DNA of 64,000 nucleotides, taken from positions 1 through 64,000 of IMG/VR virus record IMGVR_UViG_3300014205_000214; one strand, 5' to 3'. How positions within the stretch are numbered: position 1 is the first letter of the stretch; each line of letters begins with the position of its first letter. The translations under genes were made by a program, and so were the position numbers. The DNA comes from a virus. Its lineage: Duplodnaviria; Caudoviricetes. The notes below the pieces were generated by a model. The model saw only the letters and a list, made by a program, of their open reading frames with translations. It ran no database searches and was not told the origin of the DNA. Shown here in pieces: positions 60,995 to 64,000 of this stretch.

Positions 60995-62971
60995 ATGTCT
61001 ATTCAAGTAACTCCTAAAGATTACATTCAACTTCCAGAAGATCTTTACCAAGAAGATGACGGTAATCTTATTATGAGATCTACCGCTTCAAGAGCTAGAA
61101 CTTTTGAAGGATGGAGTGGTGACACGTCTGTAAAAAGTACGTTTACCAGATCTGATTATGAATATTTCAGAGAACCAAACTCTTTAAAATCAAGAGCTTC
61201 AATAACAACTCTTTGTCAAGAAGCTTATGAAAAAATTGGTATCATTAAGAACGTTATTGATTTAATGTCTGATTTCGGTTCTAAAGGTATAAGAATAAGA
61301 CATTCTGATCCAGAAATTGATAAGTTTTGTCAAAAATGGGGAGACAAAGTTAATATTCAAGAGAGAAGTGAAAGATTTCTTAGTTCTCTTTATAAATCTG
61401 GTTCAGTTGTTATTTATGAAACAAGAGGTAGAGCCAAGAATAGTATAACTTCAAAATATATACCGGTTGGATATACATTTCTTAATCCTGCTGCTATAGA
61501 AATTGTTGGAGAAGATAAAGGAATTCTTCCATCTGATTTTAAATATGTAGTTAAATATTCTCAAAATACCTTAAGATTATTAAGTATGGAAGATAATATT
61601 AAGTCTGTTATTCCGGAAGATCTTAAAAAATATAAGAATACTACTAATCCACTTCCTTCTGATAAAGTATCTGTTTATAATTATAAAAAAGATGACTGGG
61701 CCTTTTGGGGAAACTCAATTATTTACGCTCTTTTGGATGATCTTAAAGTATTAGAAAAATTAAAGCTTTCTGATATTGCTGCATTAGATGGTGCTATTTC
61801 TTCTGTTAGATTATGGACTGTTGGTAAACTAACAGATAATCCACAAACAACAATTCTACCAACTAGAGCTATGCTTCAAAAGGTTGCAAGGATAATTGCA
61901 AATGGTGTTGGTGGTGGCTCTATGGATCTTGTTTTTGGTCCAGAACTAGACTTTAAAGAATCTGGAACTACTATTCACCAATTTTTAGGTGAAGCTAAAT
62001 ATAAACCAACACTAGATTCTATTTATGATGGTTTGGGTATTCCATCTCCTTTAAGAAGCTCTAATAAAACTAATGCTGCTGGAAACACGGTATCTCTTAA
62101 AACATTAGTTGAAAGACTTAATTACGGAAGAATATTACTTATTGACTTTTGGAAGAAGCAACTAAGAAAAATATTTGAAACCCTCGGATTTAAAACTGAT
62201 GAAGATCCAATTATTGATTTTGACCACATGGTTCTTACAGATGAAGCAGCAGAAAAGAAATTAATATTAGATATGGCTGATAGAGATATTATTGATGTTG
62301 AAACAGTAAGAGAAAGATTTAATCTTATTCCCAAAATTGTTAAAAGAAACCTTAAAAAGGAAACTTCTGAAAGAGGTAAATCTGAACCAATTAAAGCCGG
62401 ACCATTTCATAACGCAAATGTTAAAGATGATCTTAAAAAACAACTTCTACAATCTGGCGTGGTTTTCCCAAAAGAACTTGGATTAGATATTGGGGTCACT
62501 GATGAAGAAGTCCAAAAAAGAACAAAAGCTAAAGAAAAAGCTGCAAAACAAGCTAAAAGTCTTGGAAATAAACCATTTACAGATACTCCAGGTAGACCTA
62601 AAAATATTACAGAGACTAAAAAAAGACAGAAAAAGGCTTCTGCTATAGTTTGGGCTTCTAATGCTCAAAAAGAGATATCTGATATTTTTACTCCAATAGC
62701 TTTAAAAATTTATGGAAAGAAAAACGTAAGAAGCCTATCAGAAGATGAAACTAATAATCTTGAGATATCAAAGGCTAAAATTCTTCTTTCTATAGAACCT
62801 TTTTCAGAAATTAATGAAGAAGCTATATCTAAAGCTATTGCTATTAAAGTAGATATTTCTGATTTGATATCTTTCTGGAATGATACGGAAAAAGAATTAG
62901 GTGAACTTACAGTGGCTCAAAAAAGAGAAATTAACAGTATTTTTTATTCAGAAAGTAAAATAAATGGCTAA
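60995..62971 (+). CDS. probable portal protein
   Basis: 658 aa directly after terL; helical segment AYEKIGIIKNVIDLMSDFG; mainly synteny. Confidence 0.65.
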   Translation: MSIQVTPKDYIQLPEDLYQEDDGNLIMRSTASRARTFEGWSGDTSVKSTFTRSDYEYFREPNSLKSRASITTLCQEAYEKIGIIKNVIDLMSDFGSKGIRIRHSDPEIDKFCQKWGDKVNIQERSERFLSSLYKSGSVVIYETRGRAKNSITSKYIPVGYTFLNPAAIEIVGEDKGILPSDFKYVVKYSQNTLRLLSMEDNIKSVIPEDLKKYKNTTNPLPSDKVSVYNYKKDDWAFWGNSIIYALLDDLKVLEKLKLSDIAALDGAISSVRLWTVGKLTDNPQTTILPTRAMLQKVARIIANGVGGGSMDLVFGPELDFKESGTTIHQFLGEAKYKPTLDSIYDGLGIPSPLRSSNKTNAAGNTVSLKTLVERLNYGRILLIDFWKKQLRKIFETLGFKTDEDPIIDFDHMVLTDEAAEKKLILDMADRDIIDVETVRERFNLIPKIVKRNLKKETSERGKSEPIKAGPFHNANVKDDLKKQLLQSGVVFPKELGLDIGVTDEEVQKRTKAKEKAAKQAKSLGNKPFTDTPGRPKNITETKKRQKKASAIVWASNAQKEISDIFTPIALKIYGKKNVRSLSEDETNNLEISKAKILLSIEPFSEINEEAISKAIAIKVDISDLISFWNDTEKELGELTVAQKREINSIFYSESKING

Positions 62972-63233
62972 AGTAATAGTTACATATGACACAGATACAA
63001 AAGAACTTGGAATGACCATAGATGGAGAAGATAAAGGAGAGTTACAATCTTTTAATGTTTATACGGAAGGTGACGGAGAAGGTAAATATGGTTATTTCTC
63101 AGCAGATTTTAAGGGTTCTAAAGAGAATGGTGTTAGATATAGAATGTCTGCACATGGTTCAAAAATAGAAGAAACAGACCCTATACAAGACTTTGTTAGA
63201 AACAGTTTAGTTTTCGGTTCTAATAAAAAGTAG
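62964..63233 (+). CDS. hypothetical protein
   Basis: Overlapping start in head operon. Confidence 0.6.
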   Translation: MAKVIVTYDTDTKELGMTIDGEDKGELQSFNVYTEGDGEGKYGYFSADFKGSKENGVRYRMSAHGSKIEETDPIQDFVRNSLVFGSNKK

Positions 63234-63239
63234 AAATAA

Positions 63240-63249
63240 GAGTATTTAT
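63240..63249 (+). promoter_or_regulatory. GAGTATTTAT motif upstream of head gene
   Basis: 30 nt before ATG 63279. Confidence 0.7.
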
Positions 63250-63278
63250 TTTATAGATAAGTTTAGTTAAGGTTAAAT

Positions 63279-64000
63279 ATGATAATTTTTGATAAAGAAA
63301 AGAAGGATGGATTAGAAGAGATTCTTTTATCTAAAGCATCTGTTCATCTAGACTGTCAATTAAAACCCCAATTAAACATCTCAAAAGCATCCAAGAATGA
63401 AAGCTTAGATATTTATAATCTTGACTGCATTCTTGTTTCAATTGGTTGGAATGAAAATGACGATGTTTTTGATAAAGTTGAAACGTGGAAAGCAAGGGCG
63501 ACCCCAATTAATAAACGTTTTAATTTTATGCATAATGAAAAAGATATTATTGGACATATTACCAGAGCAGAAGTTATAGATACTGATGGTAATATAATTC
63601 CAGATGATACTAAAGAAGAAGATTTACCGGATTTTTTCGAAATTTCTGTTGGATCAGTTCTTTATTCATTTTGGGAAGATAAAGAATTACAAAGTAGAGC
63701 GAATTCACTTATTCAGGAAATTCCTGATGGTAAATGGTTTGTTTCAATGGAAGTTCTTTTTCCAAGCTTTGATTATGCATTAGCTAAAGGTAATGAACAT
63801 AAAATTATAGAAAGAAATCAGGAAACATCTTTCTTAACAAAATATCTTCGAATTTACAATGGTAAAGGCGAATATGAAGGATGGAAGGTCGGAAGGAAAT
63901 TAAAAAACATGTTTTTCAGCGGGAATGCTCTTGTGAACAACCCTGCTAATAAACGTTCATTAATCACTTCTTTTAATTTCAACGGAGCGCAAGCTTCTAC
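63279..64000 (+). CDS. probable prohead protease / head assembly protein, partial (runs off window end)
   Basis: Open frame from ATG 63279: WNENDDVF, NFMHNEKDIIGHI, WFVSMEVLF, FSGNALVNNPAN (H...S pattern of HK97/T4-type proteases); follows portal. Confidence 0.6.
   Translation, partial: MIIFDKEKKDGLEEILLSKASVHLDCQLKPQLNISKASKNESLDIYNLDCILVSIGWNENDDVFDKVETWKARATPINKRFNFMHNEKDIIGHITRAEVIDTDGNIIPDDTKEEDLPDFFEISVGSVLYSFWEDKELQSRANSLIQEIPDGKWFVSMEVLFPSFDYALAKGNEHKIIERNQETSFLTKYLRIYNGKGEYEGWKVGRKLKNMFFSGNALVNNPANKRSLITSFNFNGAQAS

Noticed and set aside
4141-62668. Numerous short ORFs in the track antisense to real genes (e.g. 4141, 7139, 10457, 10874, 11547, 14202, 21186, 29683, 32022, 33475, 35758, 37228, 45629, 46500, 52271, 55696, 62122, 62483)
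   Set aside because: Fully shadow well-supported genes; F/L/S/I-rich antisense composition; no SD or motif
1-64000. Alternative genetic code (stop-codon reassignment)
   Set aside because: Conserved genes are intact under code 11 and end at all three stop types with tight ATGA-style coupling; only two isolated interruptions (13799, 19070)

Overview
AT-rich segment (roughly 25-30% G+C by eye) of a large tailed dsDNA phage genome, read in the standard genetic code. Bases 1-~53,000 are a densely packed minus-strand early/accessory region. It holds about 100 mostly small ORFs, driven by at least 24 sigma70-like promoters, most with an unusual 16-bp spacer. Recognisable products include rIIA/rIIB-like proteins, Thg1, RuvB, Rnl2, PNK-like kinases, a macrodomain, NAMPT-like (frameshifted) plus PRPP-synthetase-like genes (probable NARP1 NAD-reconstitution pathway), ArdC and one tRNA-Arg(UCU) preceded by a pseudoknot-capable structured RNA. 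Four plus-strand endonuclease cassettes interrupt this region. Three are a repeated unit of small HTH ORF + GIY-YIG/AP2 gene with its own late promoter and an outward-facing early promoter. At ~53.6-55.2 kb a G+C-rich island (two ORFs, G-run repeats, terminators) marks the strand switch. From 55.5 kb the plus-strand late module begins: sigma-like factor, HNH, ERCC4 nuclease, intein-containing terminase large subunit, probable portal and a partial prohead-protease-like gene. A GAGTATTTAT motif lies 30-45 nt upstream of eight genes (late genes and endonuclease cassettes) and is the likely phage late promoter. No CRISPR array, rRNA or integrase was seen. All family assignments come from motif recognition by eye, not database searches.
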